A DNA stretch of 63,898 nucleotides, the filler included, from Octopus bimaculoides (Eukaryota), in NCBI RefSeq assembly GCF_001194135.2. It is 5 parts of 5 records of this genome, joined end to end, with 100 filler letters (N's around TTAATTAATTAA, not from the genome) between each part and the next. Parts side by side here need not be neighbours in the genome. Positions count along the whole stretch, not along the records: positions 1 to 16,697 come from NC_068994.1; positions 16,798 to 26,649 come from NC_068989.1; 3 more parts are not named here. The stretch is one strand, 5' to 3'. The translations under genes and the position numbers were made by a program. Shown here in pieces: positions 12,831-25,164 of the stretch. The notes under the pieces were generated by a model that was not told the origin of the DNA, ran no database searches, and worked only from the letters and a program-made list of their open reading frames with translations. Each line of letters opens with the position of its first letter. Position 1 is the first letter of the stretch.

Positions 12831-13818
12831 AAATATATATGCACACCTTTCAACGCCATGCATGTCATAAGGTCTGCAAATCTAACGGAGTCCCTAAAAG
12901 ACATTTTACGATCCACAAAGATCAGAACTTAACTGCAGCTTTTGGTGGTCCAAATCAGATATGCAATTTATGAGGGTGTCTTTTCAATACAATGTTTGGT
13001 TTAAAAAGCCACATCAGACGCCATGATGGATCTGAGGCGTAAGTACAAGAAATGGTCAGACCCTACATAAGGAGTAGACAACCAACATATATATATATAT
13101 ATATATATATGCATGCATGTATGTATGTATGTAGGCTTACATACACACATTTATGGAGGGTGAAACAGTATAAAAACGTGAGGAAGCAATCATACATCGA
13201 CAAATGCACACATATATATTTTCTGTTTGTGTCAGTGTGAGTATCTTTGTACCCAAGTACATATGTGTGTATTTATGTGTGTGTATGGGTATAAAGGTCA
13301 TGAATATGAACAGTGAATCCGCCAAAAATCGGTCGTAAACAGATATTTATGGTTGATTGTAGGTTTGATTAGAAGAAGCTATCTATATATAAACACACTT
13401 GAATATATATATGTATATATNNNNNNNNNNATATATATGTCCATGTGTGTGTGTGTGTATAAGTTGTCTTGGTAATACAAGCAGAAAGATTGAACTCAAA
13501 ACATGAGTGCATACATATTTTTTACTTAATCGGCAGAAGTTAAAATAATTTATGATTGATAAATTATTGATTGAAGTATTGAATCCTTACCGTCAATCGG
13601 CAGAGAACCTTCATATACATACATATATACATACATATATACATGCATGTATGCATCCATCCATCCACACACATATATACATACATACATGCATACACGC
13701 ATGCATGCATACATACATACATACATACATAGATGCATGCATGGATCCATCCATCCATGCATACATACATACATACATACATGGATCCATGAATGTGGGT
13801 TGTATGTATGTATGTATG

Positions 13819-13852
<34 letters not shown>

Positions 13853-13859
13853 ATGTAAA

Positions 13860-14600
13860 TAATGTAGATGCAACAATTGTTTCCGTGAGCCAAAAGAGTC
13901 ACTGAATTCCTTTTCTTGTGTCTGGGGAGAGCCATTCTCTTTTAGTGCCTTATTATTTAACACACTCACCGGTAAAGTTTCCACTCATTTACTATTTATT
14001 TTTCCTAAAATTTTCAATAACTTTGAAAAAAGTTGCAAGACGCAACGAAAATTTTAGGAAAAAAAAATAAGTGGGCGCAGGAGTGGCTGTGTGGTAAGTA
14101 GCTTGCTTGCCAACCACATGGTTCCAGGTTCAGTCCCACTGCGTGGCACCTTGGGCAAGTGTCTTCTATAGCCTTGGGCCGACCGAAGCCTTGTGAGTGG
14201 ATCTAGTAGACGGAAACTGAAATAAGCCCATCGTATATGTGTGTGTATGTGTGTATGCGTGTGTGTGTGTATGTGTGTGTATGTTTGTCCCCCATCATTA
14301 CTTGACAACCGATGCTGGTGTGTGTACTTGTCCGTAACTTAGTGGTTCGGCAAAAGTGACTGATAGAATAAGCACTAGGTTTACAAAAGAATAAGTCCTG
14401 GGTCGATGTTTTTTCAACTAAAGGTAGTGCTCCAGCATGGCCGCATCAAATGACTGGCACAAGCAAAAGAACAAAATAATATATAGAACCTAAATGAGTG
14501 GAAATTGAACCGGTGAGTGTGTTCAATAATAAGGCACTAAAAGAGAATGACCCACCCCAGACACAACAAAATATGATTCAACACACGAATTCACATAAAG
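13860..14600. repeat. Inverted pair of a repeat segment, with the right arm interrupted by the SINE-A insertion
   Basis: 13930-13990 (CATTCTCTTTTAGTGCCTTATTATTTAACACACTCACCGGT) is the reverse complement of 14495-14552. CCTAAAATTTTC / GAAAATTTTAGG pair around 14004-14058. Confidence 0.7.
14074..14478 (+). mobile_element. tRNA-derived SINE family A, full-length (head, internal microsatellite, tail)
   Basis: A-box TGGCTGTGTGG, B-box GGTTCAGTCCC, GTGGCACCTTGGGCAAG core, internal (TG/TA)n, tail ending GGTAGTGCTCCAGCATGGCC. Other full or partial copies at about 243-366(-), 2890-3012(+), 12295-12610, 15960-16150(-), 27808-27968(-), 28965-29065(-), 30290-30680(+), 30705-30845(-), 39318-39403(+), 40635-40825(-), 41300-41410(-), 46578-46665(+), 47880-47945(+), 51545-51740(-), 61425-61545(+). 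Confidence 0.9.
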
Positions 14601-14707
14601 AATCTTGCAAACCAAATCCCAAAACGAAGTGAATTCCTTTTGATTTAGGACAACTATATATATGAGTGTGCGCATGCGTGCATGTGTGCGTGCGTGTTTG
14701 TGTATGC

Positions 14708-14773
<66 letters not shown>

Positions 14774-14803
14774 ATATATGTATGTATATATGTATTATGT
14801 ATG

Positions 14804-14841
<38 letters not shown>

Positions 14842-15021
14842 AATGTGTGCGTGTATATGCGTGTGTATTTATATGTATGTATGTATGTGTGTGTGCGCGT
14901 GCTTACGCGTGTGTACGGGGTGTATATAAGCAGCTTGGAAATGAGTACAAGGTGAGAGATCTTTGGTCGACGGTTAAAAATAGAAACAGCTTTATATTTA
15001 TATCTCTCGCTATAAACACTC

Positions 15022-15071
<50 letters not shown>

Positions 15072-15399
15072 TTCCTCCATGAGGAGGAGGAGGAAAATTA
15101 TTTTCGTCTTTGATCAGAGCTCATGGACAATTTAGTATGAAGGGGAGGAGTTTGTAATTAATCTAGTCAACTACCTGTACCTCTTCCCTAAATTGTGCCC
15201 CCCCCCCTTTTTTTTTAATTCTCAGAGGTTAAAGCCTATGGTTGCTGGCAGCTAGATGAAAAGCTACTGAGTGGACCTACAATCAAAAGTTTTTTCGAGC
15301 TAAGAATGTGTCCCCGTGCTTTGCACTTATCAGGGATCACGTTATCCTTATATGTCCTTTACTTAAGATGCGAGGGCAGATGTGGGGAATATTTTCAAG

Positions 15400-15780
15400 T
15401 TGAAAGGCCACATTGAAGTTAACTGTTATACGATAAAGGCACACTGAAACTAAGTACCGTCTATCTAAGCCACATTAAAGATCGCTACCAACTGTGAAGG
15501 CCACATTAAAGTTAATTAAAGCTAATTGCCAGCTGACAAGGCCGCATTACAATGAATTATTGTCTAACCAGATGGTATTGAAATTAATTTGCTTGACAAG
15601 ATCGCATCTGCAGTTAACTGTCATCTGACGAGACAACAGTGAAGTTGATTATAGTCTGACACAATCGCATTGAAGTTTATTATTAAATGAGATCGCATTG
15701 AAGTTAATTATGGTCTGACACCATCGTAATGAAGTTAAGTGCCATCTAGCTGTGGCACTGAAGTTAATTACCGTATAAAA
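15400..15780 (+). repeat. Degenerate ~30-bp minisatellite (consensus about AAGGCCACATTGAAGTTAATTACCGTCTGAC)
   Basis: About a dozen diverged units with recurring CATTGAAGTTAATT and TCTGAC. Confidence 0.75.
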
Positions 15781-16170
15781 AAATCACTTTATTAATTTTA
15801 TTTACAGCTAAACTTCTTTCTACACTCTCTAATTGTATTTTAAGTGTTTCCGCCATTGGACAGTAGCCATGCTAGAGTAGAGCGAAACCAGTACCTATAT
15901 ATACAATTAAACAGTAATGTAAAAATACATTACGGAGGATATATTATAAACAATAACTCATTTACTCTTTACTCTTTTACTTATTTCAGTCATTTGACTG
16001 TGGCCAAGCTGGAGCACCGCCTTTAGTCGAGCAAATCGACCCCAAGATTTATTCTTTGTAAGTCTAGTACTTATTCAATAGGTCTCTTTTGTGGAACCAC
16101 TAGGTTACGGGGACTTAAACACACCAGCATCAGTTGTCAAGCAATGTTGGGGGGACAAGCGTATACACAC

Positions 16171-16204
<34 letters not shown>

Positions 16205-16257
16205 AATATGTATGTATGTATATATGGATATGTATGTATATATATATACATATGTGA

Positions 16258-16385
<128 letters not shown>

Positions 16386-16600
16386 TTGCGCAGCAATGTC
16401 CCATTTATGAGGACATTACTCTAATCTGATATGGCTGCACTTGAGGTTTGTAGAGGTTCAGTGACTGATCAGAGATTTTCTCAACCTCAAGAAGAATATT
16501 GGCACCTGGAATGAACAGTTTGGTAATGTCATGTGTGTGTATATATATACATATATATATATATATATACATGTATAGTGTCATACACACATATATACAC

Positions 16601-16641
<41 letters not shown>

Positions 16642-16697
16642 CGTGCGTGCAAAGGTGCATGGCTTAGTGGCTAGAATATTCACCTCAAGATCTTATA

Positions 16698-16797
16698 NNN
16701 NNNNNNNNNNNNNNNNNNNNNNNNNNNNNNNNNNNNNNNNNTTAATTAATTAANNNNNNNNNNNNNNNNNNNNNNNNNNNNNNNNNNNNNNNNNNNN
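16698..16797. other. Artificial 100-bp scaffold spacer N44-TTAATTAATTAA-N44
   Basis: The same 12-mer sits between N runs at 16742-16753, 26694-26705, 49563-49574 and 59916-59927. It carries stop codons in all six frames. Confidence 0.9.
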
Positions 16798-16894
16798 CGG
16801 GTGCGACTTGGAGTTGATTCTTTTCACATTCATAATGATACCAGAATTTTGCTTCATTATTAACGGTATTATATAACTCACATTAAACTAAGAC

Positions 16895-17612
16895 TAAGTT
16901 ACCAAAAACTGATCTAACGATAGTGATATATACATACACACACATTATATACAATGCATTCTTTCGATTTGACTCGAAAAAAGCAAAACATTGCAATCGA
17001 CTCTTTCCGTGAAAAGCACGTTGTCTTGTCAGCTGACGAAATGGGAGAAGAAAGCTAATGGGTTGTATGTGCGTGCATGCTTGTTCCTGTCTCTGTGTGT
17101 GCGCGTGCTTGTTCTTTGTGTCTGTGTCTCTGTGTGTGTGTGTGTGTGCATGTTGCAATGTTTCTGCTCTTTAGTGGTTAAAAAAAAAAACCATATGGAC
17201 TACTATAATTGATACGGCATTCTCGTTTTCTGTTTGGAAATTTACGGATTTTACATATACACATGAAACAGGTAAGAACAAATATGCAAGGCTTTTTTTT
17301 AATGCTACATCGCTGGCATAATTTCGTTATCTCCATATTCCACAACACATAAAAACAGAACAGGCACACACACAAACAAAAAACAAGCACGTACAACCCA
17401 TTAGCTTTCTCCTCCTCCCATTTCGTCAACTGACAGCTGACAAGACAACGTGCTTTTCACGGAAAGAGCCTATTACAATGTTTTGCTTTTTTCGAGTCAA
17501 ATCGAAACACACACACGTTCTTCTTGATTTCAATTTTCAGGACGGCAGTTTTTTTTCTCTCTCTCTCTCTCTCTCTTTAAGGATATAATTATTTCAAGTT
17601 TTTGGTCAACAG
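16895..17612. mobile_element. Foldback/MITE-like element with long imperfect inverted arms
   Basis: About 16964-17080 is the reverse complement of about 17385-17508 (e.g. CTCTTTCCGTGAAAAGCACGTTGTCTTGTCAGCTG). Outer ACCAAAAACT / AGTTTTTGGT also pair. Confidence 0.75.
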
Positions 17613-20600
17613 TTCTGAAACGTGCATTTAGTTGTGAATTTCAGCCTAATAATGTATCTAACCGAACGCCTAAATGGTTCCGAAACCTAGGATGTAGCGA
17701 CCTCTAGATTTTCGTTATCGAAATCCTAACATTCTTCAGTAATTTCCATAAAAAAATGTTTAACGTTGAGGATGCTACGCAGGGGATCGTGATAGATGAG
17801 AACATAATAAAATAGGGATAAAAATCACCGCGAGAAATTAGCTTGATTAATATGTGTACATGTACACACACCCGGGCGTTCGCGAAACGCTATTCCGAAA
17901 AAGAGGATCAAGGCATCAGTATACAGGAATTCGGTGGACACATGTTGTTCCTCTGGTAGACAAATCTCTTCAACAAGGAGTGAAGCAAAGGGAAGACTTC
18001 AGCCAACACCCATATACAGACAATGGATGATTCTGGGTATTGTCTGTTGTTTTCACGTTCGCATCACTTATTATTCCATCATACAAAATAGTACTTCGAT
18101 CTGCATAAAATCACTCATGAGCACTGGCCAAAATTCTTACCATACACGAACATTATTTTTCCAGACGAAATATTTAGTGGTATTTCGTTCGCCTGTCTCT
18201 ACGTTCTCAGTTCAAATTCCGCCGAGGTCGAATTTGTCTTTCATCCTTTCGAGTTCGATGACGAGTACTAATTGAGCACGGGATTCTATGTAATCTACTA
18301 GTCCCCTCCCCTACAATTTCAAGAAGAATTATTATTACTGATGGATACCAGTGGAAAATCCCTGGGCGGCAAATATTCGGTTTTCCTCGAAGCAGGCATC
18401 GTGAACGTATCTAACTAAAACGACTGGAATTTCCATATATTTAAACAGTAACGAGTTGCCTATGATGCCTATATTAATGAAACAGACGAACAGAGAAGAA
18501 ACAAAACTCGTTTTATTCGTAGATTATTGTTTGCCAAAGTGAATGTTACTGCCCCAGGATTGTCAAGATAAAGGTTACAATTTTTTGTGCTTATTGTCTC
18601 CCCTAATAACGTTTCGTTTAAGGTGTCTAAGTCAAGGGGTTTAGTGCTTTCGTGATTAAAGGCATTTAGAACCCATGGGAAATTAAATGGGCTCCAAAGT
18701 AGAATTAGGACATATATAACTGTTGCTTTCTTAACCAGAACGCGCAAATAATACTCGTAAATTAGGGATACTGAATTCCGAGAACACAGTTGGCGGCCAT
18801 TTCATCAATGTTAGTCAAATAGTATGCGGGGTACAAAAACAAGGACCAAGTATACAGAAGACCATTTTCACCGCAACCAGAATATTTTCTTGCGGAGATG
18901 AAGAAGGCTGGGATTATAAGTATAACAATGTTTGTGTAGAATTATTTATTGTTCCAGGCGTTCAAAAGAATATNNNNNNNNNNNNNNNNNNNNNNNNNNN
19001 NNNNNNNNNNNNNNNNNNNNNNNNNNNNNNNNNNNNNNNNNNNNNNNNNNNNNNNNNNNNNNNNNNNNNNNNNNNNNNNNNNNNNNNNNNNNNNNNNNNN
19101 NNNNNNNNNNNNNNNNNNNNNNNNNNNNNNNNNNNNNNGGTAAAAAGCAACATTTTGAAGTTCATGTTTTGATCAAATTTAGTTATTGTGAAGCTATTTA
19201 ATATTGTTGAAATTAGTAAAGACATTTTACTACATTTGTAACCAGGGTAGAAACAAAATGATACCACTGTTCACAGGCCCTAGACTCGACACGACCTGTT
19301 TTATAATTCCAAGGAACATTTTCTTTCAAATAAACGTATACAAGAAATTATGAACAAAACAAATCTCAGAATGACGAGTTCTAATTACAGATTTTAAGAA
19401 AACAATTACACGTCTCAATGATCAAAAATAATTTTTATACAAGAATTAAATTATATATGCGTTCGAATTTTGTATGAATTAGGAAATGGTGGCGAGAGAA
19501 AATTTTGAAAATAGAATAAGCTTTCACCTTATATTGACTAAGTTGTTTAATATGAGGATATATAAACTCCCATAACGGAAAATAAGGTGGGTATTCGATT
19601 CCCAAGCTATGGAGTTTATGTCCCAACATTAGACCATTTCTACAGTCGAGATATAGTGAAAGCTTATAATTCTATTTATGAAATATATATTTGTATAGCT
19701 ACATCATATTAGAAAACATTTTTCTATACAAGTCAAAATATGTTATTTATCGAGATAAAAAGATTCATGGAATTAGTAAAATTTGATACCTGGCTTCCTA
19801 ATATATATAAATTTGACCGCATATTGTCTAAAGAGCAATTTAAAAACCGCTTCTTACGTTTTACTATCACCAACGATCGAAATAACAGTGTTAGCAAGAT
19901 GGGTGGTTTATGTGTGTAAACTAGTTGATACTTAATAGAATTAGTTGCATGACAGTGACGAGCGATGATAACACGATAACGTATAGACAGCGTATATCTT
20001 GTGGGGGGGGGGGTATATCTGAAGGATCAAAGGAGTTGAGAATCACTACTGTAGAGGAAATTCCTCGTAGGCTAGAAAAGTAGTAGTTTAGGCCTGAATC
20101 AATCTTCATTGAATTGAGTTATGATGAAAGAAGCCTCCCAGTCATAACCATAACTAATAAATTTTTCTTTTCTATTGAAAGCAGCAGTACGTAGAACGAA
20201 CGCGTAGAGCTGTGCTTCTTAAACCTGCGACTTCGCTTATTTAAAATATTTAGGGATTCAGAAAAGCTATACTAATGCTTGATTGAACATTCTGAAAAGC
20301 CTGTTAGTCATAAAAAGCAAGAATTATCTATATTTTAAAACTTTTCATGCCAAGTACATCAGTAAATTTCTTTGTAATTGATCTCAAGAGGACCAGGAAG
20401 CACAAAACACTGGTTTTACAGTTATAATCATCCTGTATATTCTATTTATTTGTTAGTGGTGGAAGGCGCTGTATTCAAGGGTTTACTCAATTATACTGAC
20501 TTCAGTTACTTCATGCTAGTCTTGTATGGATTTTATCGGCTGCAATTTGTCAAACTGCTCATTTATGGGGCATAAGCAATGGTACCGATTTTACAATGTT

Positions 20601-20992
20601 GTCAAGAGACCCGAAGACCATGTATCCCCGTCTGCCGAATTCCACTGAAAAGGCAATGGCCAATCTGATGTAAGGATACCCAAGAATACACAAAGTTGTA
20701 AAGAACCACAAATCACGTGGTTCGCCTTCAAAGTGATCACATCCACTATGACGGGTGTTGTATCCTTTAAGACAAAATGATTTTAATACATAAATAGAAT
20801 AATTATACATAAGCAATATTTATTTCACAATCTACACTAAGGTCACACAGGCAGGTTTGTGTCGATGTAGAAAAATCATGTATATATAATAGAATTCAAC
20901 TGGAAGATATTAACTGTCAAATATATATATATATATATATATATATAAGAATTTAAGGAATGGAGAAAACGCATGTTATAATTGCATACTTT

Positions 20993-21078
20993 ATTCCTAC
21001 ATATGTTTCAAAGGATTACAACCTGTGTGATCCATAGGGATCTTTGATATTAAAATTGTAAACTTCTCATCAGGGAAA
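20993..21078 (-). ncRNA. Type I hammerhead-ribozyme motif, left arm of the foldback
   Basis: The minus strand reads TTTCC-CTGATGA-GAAGTTTACAA...TTGTAATCCTTT-GAA-ACATATGT-A-GGAAT. Core intact, 4-bp stem I, one stem II mismatch. Confidence 0.7.
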
Positions 21079-21160
21079 GCATGGGAATCATCTTAAACGT
21101 AAGACATTATGACCGATTATGAAAACAATAGATGTCTTACGTTTAAGATGATTCCCATGC

Positions 21161-21246
21161 ATTCCCTGATGAGAAGGTTACAATTTTAATATCAAAGATC
21201 CCTATGGATCACACAGGTTGTAATCCTTTGAAACATATGTAAGAAT
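21161..21246 (+). ncRNA. Type I hammerhead-ribozyme motif (PLE-type), right arm of the foldback
   Basis: ATTCC-CTGATGA (21166-72)-stem II GAAGG/TTACAA...TTGTAA/CCTTT-GAA-palindromic ACATATGT-A-AGAAT. There is a C.A mismatch at the base of stem I. Confidence 0.7.
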
Positions 21247-21494
21247 AAAGTATGCAATTATAACATGCGTTTTCTCCATTCCTTAAATTCTTAAATATAC
21301 TCAAATACCCAAAATTTCAAGGAGTTCCTGCCTTAAAAACAGGAACTAAACCAGTTATTTTGTGTTCTTTGCTACATTGGTTTCTATTAACCCATTTATT
21401 CTNNNNNNNNNNNNNNNNNNNNNNNNNNNNNNNNNNNNNNNNNNNNNNNNNNNNNNNNNNNNNNNNNNNNNNNNNNNNNNNNNNNNNNNNNNNN

Positions 21495-21530
<36 letters not shown>

Positions 21531-24500
21531 TGATCTTTTTTTTATTTTGACAATTATTACAGGTCTACAAACCATCTTCAAGAAGTATGCTTTAGCGTTG
21601 CTAAACAGAAGGTGGTAGCACGAACCAAAACAGAGTATACCAACCCCACTATGTCTCTGTCTCTCTCTCTCTCGAATAGAGCGCAGCGAGGTGAATGAAC
21701 TTAGTATGAGAATTCATATAGACAACAAATTTTTTTTTTAAATAAGCAGCCCTCCACCCACCTACACTGCAAGTTAGTATCAAGCTACAATATTACATGG
21801 CAAGCAACAAAATAAACAGGTCAATAACTTTTGGGAGATATGGTTGTTATTTAAATACTAATGGAGAATAAAAAGACCTTTCTATTTACCCTTTTAGTAG
21901 GCAGAATAAAAAAAATTATTTTAGATATGAGAAAAAGATTAGATGATTGTAACTTATTTTTAAGATGGGTCATATTAAAAAAATACCTCTGCAATGTGTT
22001 TAACGTGACTAATTCTATGAAAACATACAGATATGTATATAGATATATTGTCGATTACCAAACTTCAAAGCGCCATTAAAAGGGGGGGGAAAAAACGAAA
22101 CTCACCATTTTTAGAACATAAAGAGGAAAATATTACGAACATAATCATACAGGGAAAATAAATTTAGACCAAACACAAGGTTTAATAGGTTTTATATAAA
22201 TCTATGAGGAAAGAATATGATTATTGCAATCTCGTTCCTGGAATTATTTAATACCCTGTCACGCATGTATTCGGGCAATCTTTAACCAAAACTAGTCTGC
22301 ATTTGTTGTAATGTTTAGTCTATTAATCCTAATTCGATACATTAAATCATAAAGCCTAAAGGAAGTAATCATTAACAATTAACCGAAGGGATTCATTTTA
22401 AATTTATCTAAACGTGTACATTTATCCATACTCTATTATAGTATAGTTTTAAGGTGATATATGAGAATTTTATGGATGGCATTTATATAATAAAGGAAGC
22501 ACATTTTAAATCACATATACTCCACCATAGGAGTATTTGCCGTAATTAGTTTCATTAAAGGATCTTTTTTTGCTAAAGTAATGAATGAGTGATCAAATAT
22601 ATTTTTAAGCAACGAATTTTTAATTACTTGACCGTAGATAATAATAAACATTGTGAAGCAGAAAGAAAAGCTAAGATGTATAATTTTTATCTTTTCAAAC
22701 AAGATGAATACCTCAACTACTTTAAAACGTTTTAAATATTGAAAACAAACAAAAAAAAATTAAGTATTTTCCATAAAATAATATACCTTAATAGTCGACG
22801 GTGATGGAAAAATGTCACAAATGTTTGTACCAATGTCATAACGAAAGAAATATTTATACACTAAACTGTTGGGGAGTATATTAACTTGTTTATGATTAAA
22901 AATCAAATAATTTAATTATACAGTTAGGGACGGATCGACAAACAAACAAAAAGTCTTGCATTTCCATCACAAACACGTGCTTATTATTTTAATTTAAAAT
23001 TCTTTGTAAAAACGGAATCAAGAAAGCAAAATGGCGTTACAAGCTCCTCTTTACTCTTATTATTTGCATCCAACATAACATCTAGCAAGGAACAGCTTAT
23101 ATATAAAACCATTTATATAGTTCAGATCAAAAATAGTTTCTAAGAAATTCAATGACGCTATATAGTTGAAGAATATAATTTTTTTCGTTATACTTTCATG
23201 AAAACCCAGCGAAGTTTGCCTTTAAAAGTAAATAATATATGAATATGAAAGTATAGAGGTTTCAGCCATATTAAGATATATAATCACTAGAGAGAGAGAG
23301 CTGCCGAGACGAGCGGCTGATGGTATGAATTCAAATATATATATTATGTATATATAACAGAAAGGTGCACCATGATGTAAGGAAAAATAAATCTAACGTT
23401 TTAAACAGTGTATTTCACACCAACATATTCGATTCCATTGTATACGGGCTTTTTTTTTTTTTTTTTCGGCCATATTAAAATCTATTTCTGGTCGTTCCTC
23501 GCTTCAGGACAAAAGTTAAACTCGACGAGGGTAACAAAAAAATGATTTAAAAACAAACAAAACAGAACAAATGAACACAAAGTACCTTATGATAAATAAA
23601 GTGATCTCAAAAGAAATTACTTGAATGGCAGTTCTTACATGTAGTCCAGTTTAAAGTTGAAATAAAGCTTTTAAAAAAATTACGTTCTGCACTAACCATC
23701 AGCTTCGTTTAAGACTAATGCAGATTACGGCTAACACGTTAGATTTCCGCAGCGAATTTGAAGGTTGTGTTTTTTTTTTAAATAAACGAAAAGAAAAAAT
23801 ACGAGATGGAAATATTTCACTTACATATATACTTGTTTATTTTAAATATTTAAATTAATAATTTCGAGTAGGTATTTAATATTTTGTTAGATATTATCTA
23901 ATTTTTCATATCCTAATTATTTGCTGCTTTACAAACGCTGTCAGATACAATGGCCTAGAAGACACGTGATACCTTTGATTTTTAGTGAAAGAGGATGATC
24001 AGAATTTAGCGCAATAGAATTTTATATTTGAAAAACATTCTTTCAGAATAAAAATTTACATTATAACTAATGCATTAAAAAAATTATTGAAAAATTACTT
24101 TGTTCCTTAAAAAAATTAACATTAAAAATACAAATCTAACGAAATATTAAAAAAAAAAAGAAAAATCTATGTAAAGTATGACTTTCTCTATAATGCAGGC
24201 ACTCAACCACATTTATGTGGAAGAATATGATATTGTAGCGTTAATGCCTTTCTTAATGAGATGTGTAATGGCTGTTATGAGAACAACAGCAGCCTGGTTC
24301 GGTATTTAGGGAACCACTAGGTTATTTTAAATATCAGGACACGCGCCCTTCTATTTACTTGAGTCTGAGTAAACAACCTATGTCATATATATATATAGTT
24401 TTCCCCATCTCCAAAATCGTCTTTTGAATAAGATTTCAAGGATAAATATTAGTAACATTCTATCGTAGTGTGATATTTCTTCTATTCTAAGCTTTATTAA

Positions 24501-25098
24501 ATTGTTTGTTTTTTTTTCATTTTTTATTATTTCAATTCAGCCGCCTTATGACAGTGCGTTGTGATAATAAAATGAGATATTTAACTGCTTAATAAGGACC
24601 GTTGGAAAAAGGTGTGACATAGAAAATAGTATTTTTTTTATATAATGATATAACTTCTGAAAGTTTTAATTTTATACACTTTAAGTGTGCGTATTTATAT
24701 GTGTGTAACGAAAATGTGGTGCAGGGGGGCACAGCAAAGGAATTCACACAAAAAGACACAACGGGCGCAGACAAGCTCCGCTTTCCCTCAACAGTTGCTG
24801 ACTAAATATCATATACATATATGTATATTTTAAATATAGGGTAAAAATTAAATGTTAATTTTTTTACCAGTGGTCAGCGTGAGTAAAAATGTCCTAGACT
24901 ACAAATATTATATAATGTGTATACGACTTATACACTGCTGGAAAACCACCTAGTGACTTTTCCTCAGTGTATAACACTTATACATACATATAAAATATNN
25001 NNNNNNNNNNNNNNNNNNNNNNNNNNNNNNNNNNNNNNNNNNNNNNNNNNNNNNNNNNNNNNNNNNNNNNNNNNNNNNNNNNNNNNNNNNNNNNNNNN

Positions 25099-25129
<31 letters not shown>

Positions 25130-25164
25130 ATATATGGGTACAGGATGTTACAAACAGTAAACAA

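Larger units (their letters stand above)
20946..21293. repeat. Near-perfect inverted repeat: 162-bp arms, 24-nt loop, 3 mismatches
   Basis: Direct comparison of arm 20946-21107 with the reverse complement of arm 21132-21293. Confidence 0.95.

Noticed and set aside
17690-17742. Minus-strand CTGAAGA...GAAA hammerhead-like match
   Set aside because: Stem II is offset from the core and no stem III or stem I pairing forms.
18469-18747. Minus-strand ORF with LLWSPF resembling GPCR TM6 or a signal peptide
   Set aside because: No ATG (starts at TTG), no second TM or TM7 motif, and no convincing splice sites.
18820-18935. Peptide RRPFSPQPEYFLAEMKKAGII loosely resembling an ionotropic-receptor S2 segment
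   Set aside because: Too short, bounded by stops, and no other receptor exons found.
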